Below are positions 25,465-37,606 of a stretch of 64,000 nucleotides of DNA, one piece after another. Made by a program: the position numbers and the translations under genes. Position 1 is the stretch's first letter, and each line of letters starts with the position of its first letter. Below the pieces are notes generated by a model. That model did not search any database, was not told where the DNA came from, and worked only from the letters and a program-made list of their open reading frames with translations. Origin of the DNA: Heterodontus francisci (Eukaryota); contig NW_027141363.1 in assembly GCF_036365525.1 (NCBI RefSeq), positions 124,001 to 188,000 of the forward strand, read 5' to 3'.

Positions 25465-26792
25465 TCTCGACAGAGGGGATGAATGGGCCTCCACCTGTTC
25501 CTGTGTAACAGGCTCGACAGAGGGGCTGAATGGGCCTCCTGCTGTGCCTGCGTAACAGTCCCGACAGAGGGGCTGAAAGGGCCACCTGCTGTTCCTGCAT
25601 GACAGGGTCGACGGAGGGGCTTTATGGTCTCCTCCTGTTCCTGTGTAACAGGCTCGACAGAGGGGCTGAATGGGCTACTGCTGTTCCTGCGTAACAGGGC
25701 CCATGGAGGGACGATATGGCCTCCTCCTGTTCCTGTGTAACAGGCTGGACAGAGGGGCTGAATGGTCTCCTCCTGTTCCTGTGTAACAGGCTCGACAGAG
25801 GGGCTGAATGGCCTCGCCCTGTTCCTGTGTGACAGGCTGGAAAGAGGGGCTGAATGGCCTCACCCTGTTCTTGTGTAACAGGCTGGACAGAGGGGCTGAA
25901 TGGCCTCCTCCTGTTCCTGTGTAACAGGCTGGACAGAGGGGCTGAATGGCCTCCCCTTGTTCCTGTGTAACAGGCTGGACAGAGGGGCTGAATGGCCTCA
26001 CCCTTTTCCTGTGTAACAGGCTGGACAGGGGGGCTGAATTCCCTCCCCATTTTCCTGTGTAACGGGCTGGAAAGAGGTGCTGAATGGCCGCCCCTTGTTC
26101 CTGTGTAACAGGCTGGACAGAGGGGCTGACTGGCCTCACCCTGTTCCTGTGTAACAGGCTGGACAGGGCGGCTGAATTCCCTCCCCATTTTCCTGTGTAA
26201 CAGGCTGGACAGAGCGGCTGCATGGCCTCGTCCTGTTCCTGTGTAACAGGCTGGACAGAGGGGCTGAATGGCCTCACCCTGTTGCTGTGTAATAGGCTGG
26301 GCAGAGGGGTTGAATGGCCTCCCCTTGTTCCTGTGTAACAGGCTGGACAGAGGGGCTAAATGGCCTCACCCTGTTCCTGTGTAACAGGCTGGACAGTGGG
26401 GCTGAATGGCCTCCTCCTGTTCCTGTGTAACAGGCTGAACAGAGGGGCTGAATGGCCCCCCTGTTCCTGTGTAACAGGCTGGACAGAGGGGCAGAATGGC
26501 CTCACCCTGTTGCTGTGCAATTGGCTGGGCAGAGGGGTTGAATGGCCTCCCCTGTTCCTGTGTAACAGGCTGGACAGAGTGGCTGAATGGCCTCCCCCTG
26601 TTCCTGTGTAACAGGCTGGACAGAGGGGCTGAATGGCCTCCCCCTCTTCCTGTGTAACAGGCTGGACAGAGGGGCTGAATGGCCTCACCCTGTTCCTGTG
26701 TAACAGGCTGGACAGAGGGGCTGAATGGGCGCCCCCTGTTCCTTTGTAACAGGCTGGACAGAGGGGCTGAATGGCCTCCCCCTGTTCCTGTG
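25465..26792. repeat. 46-bp minisatellite, ~29 copies (tgttcctgtgtaacaggctggacagaggggctgaatggcctcaccc)
   Basis: Period of 46 bp read directly; the unit contains the CR1-tail-like gggctgaatggcct motif. Confidence 0.9.
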
Positions 26793-27194
26793 GACTCTTT
26801 GAACCATCTTCCAGGTGCTGCTGTGCTTCATGGTGCTCGGGCTCCCTCTGCTGTCCCTGTGGAGGAAGAAACGAGAGCTTCAGTGCAAAAATGAACAACA
26901 GTTTTGTTTTCCTCTTTCTAACTTTCCTTTCTGCCTCACAACCTATCCACCCTTCCATTATATCAAAGGTCACCCCTCAGCTTTCTGTCTTGTAGGTAAA
27001 GAGTCCCAGTTTATTCGGCCTTCCTGTGAGATGTTCCACCTGAGAACTGGTAACATCCCTTAAAATTCTCTTTTGCATATGATTCATTGCCCTCTCACTA
27101 ATCCATGCCTTTCTCATCAAAACCGTCTCGTCTTCTGGTTACAAAACACATTCCCTCTGCAAAAACAAACTGCAATAGACGTGGCAATGCTTCA

Positions 27195-27335
27195 TTTAGT
27201 GAAAACGGAAAACATCGATTGCAGTTGCTTGCCCGGCTCTTGTCTGTCCCAGTACATGGAGAGGGTACTGGGGGGCCTCCAGCTGCAATCATCATTCTCG
27301 GACCAGCCACACCATCTCTGGTACCTGTCTGAAAC
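27195..27335 (-). pseudogene. V relic (FR1-FR2 fragment, no RSS seen)
   Basis: Manual minus-strand translation: QVPEMVWL...CS/..PSTLSMYWDRQEPGKQLQSMFS, with frameshifts and stops. Confidence 0.6.
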
Positions 27336-27384
27336 TGACCAAAACAGTTTTCAGCCTTTGTTGTTATGTTTGACCCCGAGATGA

Positions 27385-28100
27385 GTTTCCCACCACACAT
27401 CCGCACCATCGCTAAGACTGTCCATTTCCTCCTCCAGAACCATCTCTCAACTCCGCCCCTGCCTCAGCTCATCTGCTGCTGAAACCCTCATCCGTGCCTC
27501 TGTTACCTCCAGACTGGACTATTCCAATGCTTTCCTGGCCAACCTCACATCTTTCACACTTCCTGATCTGATACTCATGCAAACATTTGTTGCCTGCATC
27601 TTAACTGACTCCGAACCTTGTTCATCCATCACCCCTGGAGTTATTGCTGTTCACTGACTCCCTGCTCCTCTCCATTTTCCCAATGTTAACACCCTCAGCC
27701 TTGTTCTCAAATCCCTCCATACCCTCGCCCCTCCCTATCTCTGTTCCCTCCTCCAGCCCCACAAGACGTTGATATCTTCTGTGCTAATCCAATTCCTGGC
27801 CTCTTGTGTATCCCCGATTTTAACACTCCACCATTGGCGGTCATGCTTTAAGCTGACTTGGTATTAAGATCCTGTATTATCTCACTAACCCTCTCCACCT
27901 CTCTACCTCCCTCTCTCCTCTGTTAAAATGCTCCATTAAAAACTCTCTCTTTGATCAAGCCACTGGTTATCTGGCCCGAAATATCTTTTTGTGGCTCGAT
28001 TTCCAAAAACGTCAGAAATGTTCTTATTGGTATCACTGTTGCTAAGCACCTTGGGACATTTTGCTGCATTAAATGCTCTATTTAAATGTAAGTTGTTGTT
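27385..28100 (+). mobile_element. L2-type LINE 3' fragment
   Basis: gaaaccctcatccgtgcc..tccagactggactattccaatgct motif (LIHA..SRLDYSNA-like) and L2-like tail. Confidence 0.65.
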
Positions 28101-29194
28101 GGTGTAGTGGAAAATGTAAGGGGACCAGCTTTATTAATTGACGTTACTGATCAGCAGCGAGCCCAATGAGATTCTCCTGACACGGAATTGTATTCCTGAG
28201 GAAGTGAAAAGCACATGTTTACATCTCCACCCAGATCAGTCTGTTGAACTGTTGTGAAATGACTCATTGGTCACAACTCTCTAGTGTAACGATGTCAAAC
28301 GTCTGCAATAAGTGAACATGGCTCTGTATCTTCGATTGATGGACATTCAGACAAGGAGAGCTGCAGCTTGGAAAGGGCTTTTTAACATGTTTGACTCTCT
28401 GACCACCCAGTGTGATTGTAAATCTGATTGTAAACTGTGTGTTTAAAGTTTTATTGCATTCTCTGTCTGCTCAATATATCTATGAACGCTAAACCTGACC
28501 GTCTCAAGAAGCTTATTGATTTTGCTGGAATGGCTTTCCCATATGATCATGGAAATCCAGTGTTTTTGTTCTGGGAGGGAACACTCACTGTTAAATGATT
28601 GCTGAGGGCTGGGATCAGAAGGGATGTGACTGTACGTAGTGGGTCTGCCCAGCATTCCCCAAACCTCGTGTTGCTCCATTCTATTCTGGTCAGTGCTTCC
28701 ACCCTGGATAATCCAGCTCACTCAAGGCCTGACAGAGGAACATGAGAAATCCTGGCAACAGGAGTGGGCCATTCGGCCCATTCAAGCTTGTTCCGCCATT
28801 CAGGGAGATCATGGATCATCTACAACTTATTTCCATTTGCCCATCTGGGTTCCATATCATTTAATACCCTCACCTAACATCAATCTAGCAAGCTCTGCTG
28901 TGTAATGTCTGATTAACCACCCTCACACCCCCATCTGCACAGCTTTTTGAGGGAGAGTGTTGCAGATTTCCACTACCTGCCGTGTGAACCAGCGTTTCCT
29001 GACATCACCCCTGAACGGCCCCACCCCACCTTGCCCTGGACTCCCCCAGCAGAGGAAATTGTTTCTGTCCATTAACACCATCACATCCTTTAATCGTCCT
29101 AAATATTTCAATGAGATCACCCTTTAATCTCCTATATTTAAGAAAATACAACATTAGGCCATGCAATCTGTGAAGCTAATTTAACCCTTTTAGA

Positions 29195-29760
29195 CCTGGT
29201 GTAACTACGTGCAATTCTGGTCGCCACACTACCAGAAGGACGTGGAAGCTTTGGAGAGGGTACAGGAGATGTTTACCAGGATGTTGCCTGGTCTGGAGGG
29301 CATTAGCTATGAGGAGAGGTTGGAAAAACTCGGATTGTTTTCACTGGAACGACGGAGGTGGAGGGGCGACATGATAGAGGTGTACAAAGTTATGAGCGGC
29401 ATGGACAGAGTAGATAGTCAGAAGTTTTTTCCCAGGGTGGAAGAGTCAGTTACTAGGGGACATAGGTTTACGGTGCGAGGGGCAAAGTTTAGAGGGGATG
29501 TGCGAGGCAAGTTTTTTTACACAGAGGGCGGTGAGTGCCTGGAACTTGCTGTCAGGGGAGGTGGTGGAAGCAGATACGATAGCGACGTTTAAGAGACATC
29601 TTGACAAATACATGAATAGGATGGGAATAGAGGGATACGGACTCCGGAAGTGCAGAAGGTTTTAGTTTAGGCAGGCATCAAGATCGGCGCAGGCTTGGAG
29701 GGCCGAGTGGCCTGTTCCTGTGCTGTACTGTTCTTTGTTCTTTGTTCTTTGTTCTTGATC
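29195..29760 (+). mobile_element. CR1 LINE 3' end, relatively young
   Basis: QFWSPHYQKDVEALERVQ..LGLFSLERRR.RGD, with (TTGTTCT)n tail. Confidence 0.85.
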
Positions 29761-30072
29761 CTTCTGAGATAACAGTGTTGTGAGGGAGTGTGGAAAGGGG
29801 AGTTACACTGTTTGTCTGACATCCCGATCTAACCAGTGAATGGGAGATTTTACCCTGCACCTTATTGCTAGGTGGTGGGTCTGCCTCTGCACCTAACCAA
29901 TGCGTGATAGGCTTAACTCTGTATCGAATCGGTATGTGATGGGATTGACTTTGTGGAAACATCCTCTGTAAATCTACCCTATCAATCAGTTCCATCATCT
30001 TATAGCATTCTAAGTGTATCTCTCTGCTTCCCCCTGTCACATATCCCCAGTCTGAGCCCAGCCTGTTGTGAG

Positions 30073-30111
30073 GGTTTTTGTTCAGGTTGCCAATGACTCT
30101 GAACCGCGGTG
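30073..30111 (-). promoter_or_regulatory. 23-RSS of V10 with non-consensus heptamer
   Basis: CACCGCG (30105-30111), 23-bp spacer, ACAAAAACC (30073-30081). Confidence 0.85.
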
Positions 30112-30420
30112 TCCCATCACCAGCTGCACAGAAATACATCGCCTCGTCCGTGACATTCACACTCTCGATCGTCAGAGTGGATTTCTTATTGTCCATTGTC
30201 CTGGTAATAACAAATCCGCTCTTGAAACCCTCTTCATACCGAGTTTCACTGCCCATGTAAATAGATCCAATGAACAGGAATCCTCCGCCGGGGGACTGAC
30301 GATACCAGAACATGTAGCTGCCAACTGTTCCTTCCTGCAGACAGTTCATTTCCACCGGTCCTTGTTGTTTAACAGCCAGCGTCTGAGGCCATTGATGTAT
30401 CACATCACCCCAGCAAACAC
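30112..30420 (-). CDS. TRBV: TCR V segment V10 V exon (VIHQWP/CAAGD); open frame, intact leader not found
   Basis: AG acceptor at 30421-30422; VCWGDVIHQWP..C..MFWYRQ..YFCAAGDG. The candidate leader near 30583-30624 reads ATG ATG TTG ACA CTT TAA. Confidence 0.8.
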
Positions 30421-30664
30421 CTAGAAAGAGAAATTAGAGGGAATGGATAGAATTGTTGAAATTACAGTTTCGATGATGGATGTTGGAGTTGCGCCGAATT
30501 AATGACGGAAATTGTGTCTTTGTCAGAATTTCCGACAAGAACCTGGATCTATAACAACTGTAAAATAAACTAATGGAATCTACATGCTTGCAAGTGGGTG
30601 GAATTATTAAAGTGTCAACATCATATTAGTAACACTTGGGCACCCAAACTAGGGAACAGGTTAA

Positions 30665-30674
30665 AGACGTCACT
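30665..30674 (-). promoter_or_regulatory. CRE/TRBV decamer-like motif upstream of V10
   Basis: AGTGACGTCT, 9/10 match to AGTGACGTCA. Confidence 0.5.
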
Positions 30675-31974
30675 ATCTTATTTTAAATGATTGATTGCTG
30701 AATTTACAGTTTTATTGAGATCATTAATCATCCCTTTCAGTTGATCAAATGTAGAAGAGTGATTGGGACAGAATTTTAACCTACTCAGCGCCAGAAGGGA
30801 AATCGCAAAGACGATGAAATTAAAAGGCATGTTTGCTGCGGATCTGAGACACTTTCTGCTGGTTACTCTGGTTTCAGGGGGAGAGGCAGTTGTAGTTCAC
30901 CGAATGCAGAACGTCATTGAGATGGTCCCCGCCCCGACTTTTTAAGTTGTCCCCCATTCTTTTGTTTGCTTACTTCTGCCCCTTTCCACTAGTTTCTTCT
31001 CTCCATTTCCCTCCTTCCACCCCACTTTCTACTCTGCTGCAAATATCCTCACTCCTGTGACTTTGTGAGTTTGCTTTCATGCCGAGGCGAGGGGAACTCT
31101 GAAGGTAGCGAGGTGTTGGAGAGGGTAGGTGAAAAAAACAAGGGGCGGTGCAACGATAGCTGCTTTGGGTGACTCCAGAGGTTATGGTGCAGAACAGGGG
31201 ATTATTAACATCCTTTTGCAAATTAAAAGCAGTCGTGGAGGAAGAGAAGATACATAGTTCGATGGCAGCGGAGGCGGCTCATATAACATCACTGTAAAGT
31301 GGCAATCTAACTGCATTTAGCCTTTAAAGTGAAAAGATTGCAGAAGCAGAGGAATTGACACATTGATCAGCGGCGCCAAAGCCTGTGCTGGCGCGAAATA
31401 TAGTGGAGCCACTGCGCCGACCAGTGGCAGCATGGTGCAACTGCAACAAGCTGTGTTTGTTCCTTTCCCAGTGAAACCCATGCTGTGGGCTTCTTCAAGT
31501 CACTTCCTGAAATTCATCCTCCTTCTCAGTGTTTCATCCTCTCCTGCAGAGGATTATTACCCTCAGAATTAACGATACAAATTCAGTCTTTGTCCTAATT
31601 TCCTGCCAGTATCTGTACAGATGTAAAGCAGAAGAGTGAAAGCTACATGAGCAAAAGTGGGTGCAGATGTTATATGGTTAACAGTATATTCTTCACACTT
31701 TTGTTGCCAAAAAAGGGGGAACAGATTAATGAGTTCACTGTCTTATATTCAATAATTGATTGCTGATTTCACAAGTCACCGCCGCACAGTCTTGTTGAGA
31801 TCATTAATCAGTTGATCAAATGTAGAACAGTGATTGTGACAGAATTTAAACATACTCAGCGACAGAAGGAAAATAGCAAACGTCGATGAAATTGAATGGC
31901 ATGACTGCGGCGGATCTCAGACACTTTCTGCTGGTTGCTCTGGGTTTAAGGGAGCGAAGCTGAGGGAGGAAACA

Positions 31975-33545
31975 TTATTTGGATTAGCATCCTTGAAAGT
32001 TGATAAATCACCAGGGCCGGATGAAATGAATCCGAAGCTGCAAAAAGAAGCAAGAGAAGAAATAGCAGAGGGTCTGACCATCTTTTTGCAGTCCTCACAG
32101 GTGTGGTGCCGGAGGATTGGAGAATTGTTAATGTTGTGCCTCCGTTTAAAAAGGGAGAGAAGGATAGACTGACTAATTACAGGCCAGTCAGTCTGACCTC
32201 AGTAATGAGCAAATTATTGCAATCTATTCTGGGAGACAGAATAAACTGTCACTTAGAAAGGCATGGGTTAATCAAGGATAGTCAGCATAGATTTGTTAAG
32301 GGACGATCTTGTTTTATCAATTTGATCTAATTTTTTGAAGTAGTAACAAGGAAGATAGATGAGGGTAGTGCAGTTTACGTGGTCTACCTGGATTTTAGCA
32401 AGGCTTTTGAAAAGGCTGCACATGGCAGACTGGTTAAAAAAACAAAATCCCATGGGATCAAGGGAAATGCAGCAAGGTGAATACAAAATTGGCTCAGTGG
32501 CAGGAAACAAAGGGTAATTGTTGATGGGTGTTTTAGCGACTGGAGGGCTGTTCCCAGTGGCGTTGCACAGGGCTCAGCACTGGGTTCCCTGCTTTTTGTG
32601 GTATTTATTAACGATTTGAATGTAAATGTAGGGGGGCATAATCCAAATGTATGTAGACAACACAAGGATGAGCCGTGTGGTAGATCGCGAGGAGGATAGC
32701 TGTAGGCTGCAGGAAGATATTGATGGTCTTGTCAGATGGGCAGAACAGTGGCAAATGGAATCCAACTTGGAGAGGTGTGAGGTGATGCATTTGGGGAGTT
32801 CAAACAAGGCAAAGGAATACAAGATTAATGGGAAAATACTGAGAAGTGCAGAGGAAGTGAGGGACCTTTGAGTGAATGTCTGCAGATCACTGAAGGTAGC
32901 AGGACAGGTCGATAAGGTGGTTAAGAAGGCATATGGAATCCGTTCCTTTATTAGCTGAGGTATGGAATACAAGAGCAGGGAAGTTATGCTGGAACTGTAT
33001 AACTCATTGGTTAGGCCACAACTTGAGTACTGTGTGCAGTTCTGGTCACCTCATTACAGAAAGAATGTAATTGCACTAGAGAGGGTACAGAGGGGATTTA
33101 CGAGGATGTTGCCAGAACTGGAAAATGCAGCTATGCGGAAAGATCAGATAGGCTGGGGTTGTTCTCCTTGGAACAGAGAAAGCTGAGGGGAGGTCTGTTT
33201 AAAATGTACAAAATATTGAAGGGGCCTGGATAGAGTGGAGGTGAAGGGTCAATTCATCTTGGCAGAAACATCAGTTACGAGGGGGCATAGATTTAAAGTG
33301 ATTGGTTGAACAATTAGAGGGGAGATAAGGAAAATCTTTTTTTCTTTTTCACCCATGGGTAGTTGAGGCAGAGACCCTCAACTCATTCAAAAGGAGTCTG
33401 GTTATGCACCACAGGTGCCGTAATCTGCAGGGCTATGGACCAAATGCTGGAAGGTGGGATTTGAATAGGTGGATCATTTTTTCGGCTGCCACTGACATGA
33501 TGGGCCAAGTGGCCTCTTGCTGTGCCTTAAACTTTCTTTGGTACT
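31975..33545 (+). mobile_element. CR1 LINE fragment (duplicate of 278-1865)
   Basis: Same RT motifs with different stop codons. Confidence 0.9.
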
Positions 33546-33885
33546 ATTAGAGTGATAGAGTGTATGTGAAAGTGCCAAGGAGTGACAGAGAGACACAGTG
33601 CGAGAGAGAGTCAGAGATGATGATATGGAGAAAAACAAAGTTAGAGAAAAAGAGAGATAGTGATAGAGATAGATGGAGAGATGGAGAAAAAGATATGTCT
33701 GCCTGTCTATCTATATAGCTATCTAGCTGTCTATCTCTGTGGCTATCTGTCTATCTTTCTTTCTATCTATCTATCTGTATGGCTGTGTGTCTGTCTGTCG
33801 ATCTGTGTCAATTTATCTCTCGATCTGTATGAATCCATCTGTCTGTCTACCTACCTATCATTTTGTCTGTCTGTCTTCGTATCTA

Positions 33886-34043
33886 NNNNNNNNNNNNNNN
33901 NNNNNNNNNNNNNNNNNNNNNNNNNNNNNNNNNNNNNNNNNNNNNNNNNNNNNNNNNNNNNNNNNNNNNNNNNNNNNNNNNNNNNNNNNNNNNNNNNNNN
34001 NNNNNNNNNNNNNNNNNNNNNNNNNNNNNNNNNNNNNNNNNNN
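33886..34043. other. Assembly gap inside a TCTA repeat
   Basis: N characters. Confidence 0.99.
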
Positions 34044-35259
34044 CTGCCTTCCCAGCTATCTATCTGCCTGTCTATGCTGCCCATGGCATGGTGCTGTACA
34101 CCAATTCTGTTCCGTGTTTTAAGTACACTGCTCTCTGAAATGACTTAGCAAGCCCTTCAGTTATCTACAAGGCAGCACAAACCTTCTCCAATACAATTAG
34201 CGATGTTGAATAACTACTGGCCTTCTCAGAGGGACCCAGGTCCCCAGAATGAATAAAAAAAAAATCAAAGCAAGGGAAGAAATGGCAGATGATCTGACCA
34301 TCATTTTCCAATTCTTAATTGGCTGTTAACTGTTTTGGGACGTCTTGAAGTCGTGGAAGACTTTTTATATTTTTTTTTTCTTATTCGTTCATGGGACGTG
34401 AGTTTCTTTCACAAGACCAGCAATTATTTCACAACACTGATTGCCCTTGAGAAGGTGGTGGTGAGCTGCCTTCTTGAACCATGGGGGGTAGGTACACCCA
34501 CAGTGCTGTTGGAAGGGAGTTCCATGATTTTGACCCAGTGACAGTGAAGAAACGGCGATATAGTTCCAAGTCAGGATGGTGTGTTGCTTGGAGGGGAACT
34601 TGCAGGTGGTGGTGTTCCCATGAGTCTACTCCCCTTGTCCTTCTGGTGGTAGAATTGGTTGGTTTGGAAGGTGCTGTCTAAGGACACTCGATGCTTTGCT
34701 GCAGTGCATCTTGTCGATGGTACACACTGCTGCCACTGTGCTGAAGGGAGTGAGTGTTGAAGGTGGTAGATGGGTTGTTGATCAAGAGGGCTGCTTTTTC
34801 CTGGATGGTGTTGAGCTTCCTGAGTGTTGTTGGAGCTGCACCCATCCAGGCAAGTGGAAAGTATTCCATCACACTCCTGACTTGTGCCTTGTAGATGATT
34901 GATACTCTATCCATCACTTCACAATGGTGATGTAAACTATCTGTCTTATTTAGATCTTTAATTAACCTTTTAATTAATCAAGTATGAGACAGCGACTGTG
35001 ACTCAGTTTTAACATACTCAGTGCCAGAAATTAAACAGTGTAGACGAGGACTTTGAAATTTTGCAGGGGATCTGAGACACATCTCTCTCTTTCCTTCTCT
35101 CTCTTCCTCGTACCTTCTGCTATTCCCTGTCATTCAGCCCTTGATGAAGGTTCAGGAATCCGGGAATCACCAGCTTGGAAAACGGCCAGTGAGGCAGGGA
35201 GAGACATTAACCATTGTCACTGCTCCTGTATGTCTGTCAGTTGTGTTGTTCACCCTGTT

Positions 35260-35298
35260 GGTTTTTGTACTGGCACTAAGGCAGTCTGCAGCGCTGTG
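35260..35298 (-). promoter_or_regulatory. 23-RSS of V11
   Basis: CACAGCG (35292-35298), 23-bp spacer, ACAAAAACC. Confidence 0.95.
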
Positions 35299-36114
35299 CT
35301 CACTGGCTGCACAGTAATACACCGCCGCATCCACAGCCTTCACCTTGAGGACCCTCAGGCTGCATCGTCTCTCCTCGGGCCTTAAAATCTTCACCTCCTC
35401 TTCAAATTTTCCTTCGTATGTGACTGGGATTCCATTAATAGAATGACCCATTTGGGTGAGCCCCTGCCCGGCATACTGCCGATACCACAGCACAACGCTC
35501 TTACTACTGTCATTCTGGTAACAGTTTAATTCTGCTGGTTCGCCTCCCTTCACTGCCACCAGAGTTGGCCACTGGTGTATCACCTCTGCTAGAGTTTTGC
35601 CTTGAGAAATAAGGAGAATAGTTAAAAAAGTTTAGAACATATTGTGACATATGATAACCAAATATAACTATCTAAATACATAAGTAGATAATACCAGATA
35701 ACTATATAGGCAGACAATATATAGTTAAATGATATATTGGTAGATATATAGAGAATAAACAGATAGATATAAAGACTGAAAAATAATATATCGAGTGATA
35801 TGAGAGAGACAAATTAACCCAGTATTAGGGCAAACTTATCGGTTAAAGATAGCTGTAGTAGCGTCACGAATATATAAGTAACTTTCATTCAGTCAAAAAT
35901 TTCATTAAGCCAATATTATTTACAGTGAAATTACGTTATGTAGTTTAAGAAATGACAGAAAATCGACTGCAATGATGTTTTATCAATCTAGTTTGATAGA
36001 AGATAGTAGTGATTGAAAACACAGCATGTATTTTAGCACAGGTATCTTTATGAACAATGAATACCTACATGGAAGAAGAGAACAGACGATTAGGAAGAGT
36101 TTGACTAACTGCAT
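35299..36114 (-). CDS. TRBV: TCR V segment V11 (paralog of V1), intact; leader exon 36069-36114, V exon 35299-35600
   Basis: Same leader as V1; VIHQWP..C..WYRQ..YYCAASE; 23-RSS. Confidence 0.9.
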
Positions 36115-37078
36115 CCTGCAGACTGCGGGCTGAATCTGTTCATGAACCAATATCAGGCGGCTGAAGATAAAGCAGAGAGCGGAAATGACAGCACTGGAAT
36201 CAGGGTTTCCTTCTGACCCCTCACTTCTGGGTATGACAGAATAATAACACCCCCTGGTCGGAAGGAGCTTGAATAAGGAACTGCTTCCCGTCTGTATCTG
36301 GCTCTCGTTGGTTGTGTCTGATTGGTGTTGTATAGGGTAGCTCTTTCGAACAGCCGGGCCAGGCTCGATGGGCTGAATGGCCTCGGCTCTGCTGTATGAT
36401 TCTATAAATATATAAGACACATCAAGTGGCTTGTTTATATTAGGCAGATAAAGATTTATTTCCCCTTTGCTAAACGACAATTCAAGGGCTATGTTTTACA
36501 TTGTGGTGAAATGTTAGGTACTTTGAAAAGCGACAGTGTCATGAAGAAGTAGGTTAACTGTTTTAAACAGATGCTCAAACTGCCGTCAGGAGGCAGGTGT
36601 TCCAGTGAGAGACCTATCTGGGGAGGTGTCTCACTTTTGCATTGTATGAATCATTGGGGACATGTACAACAGGGAGCTATGTGTAACTCTTGTCATAAAC
36701 CACCGACAGCTCATTCAACAGGACCATGAACCCATTTACCCCACCTCGGAATCTGTTCTTTACAGGTAGAGGCTGCCTTAACGAGAAGGATCTGAGCACA
36801 TTGCTGCAGCATTTTTAATAATTCATAATGTATTGATGTACTCTGTGTCGAAGGAGAGCAAGAAGATGAAACTATCAGTAAAATACAAATCATGATAGAT
36901 CAATAATTAAACTGGTATGGTGTAACTAATGGGGTTAGATAGATGATAAACGTCAGATATATGGTGGATGCATATTTAGAGAGGTGAGAGACAGGTAGAT
37001 ATATCGATGGCAAATGTATATATATGATCGAGATAAATAGATAGATAAATAGTACAATATAACCAAAAATGGACAGCG

Positions 37079-37166
<88 letters not shown>

Positions 37167-37283
37167 GGATGGATGCAGAGACGCACAAAGAGACAGAGAA
37201 ACTCGCAGATAGTCAGAGAGACAGAAAGACACTGAGATAGACAGACAGGTTTATCTCCCACAAGTGCTTTCCTGCCCCTTTAG

Positions 37284-37606
37284 AGTTTTTGCTGAACTCC
37301 AGCGCCTTTCTGAGTCACTGTGCAGACTCCAGGCACAGCAATACACGGCTGATTGATTCGCCAACAGGCTGGAGGACTCCAGGTAAAACTGGGTGTTGTC
37401 GGGTCTCCTGGTGGTGAAACCGTCCACCTCACTGGAGGGATTGATCGTTCTGGTGAAGCTGGAATAGAAAAGGTTATCGGGTTCATGGTCCGGATGCCAC
37501 CAGTACCAGTAGAAAGATTATGTGTAAATACACTGGATACTGACTGGACAGCGTGGGGAATGGGATATGGAAGTGGGAGACTGTTGGTTCAGCACGGCCC
37601 CTACAT
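37284..37606 (-). pseudogene. V pseudogene V12 (V2/V3 family) with 23-RSS 37284-37322
   Basis: In-frame TAA at 37518-37520 in a shortened CDR1; YCCAWSL; the leader region of V2 is not present upstream. Confidence 0.9.

Noticed and set aside
25622-26973. 200-aa repetitive ORFs, and a possible CRISPR-like array
   Set aside because: A 46-bp tandem minisatellite with no unique spacers, in vertebrate DNA.
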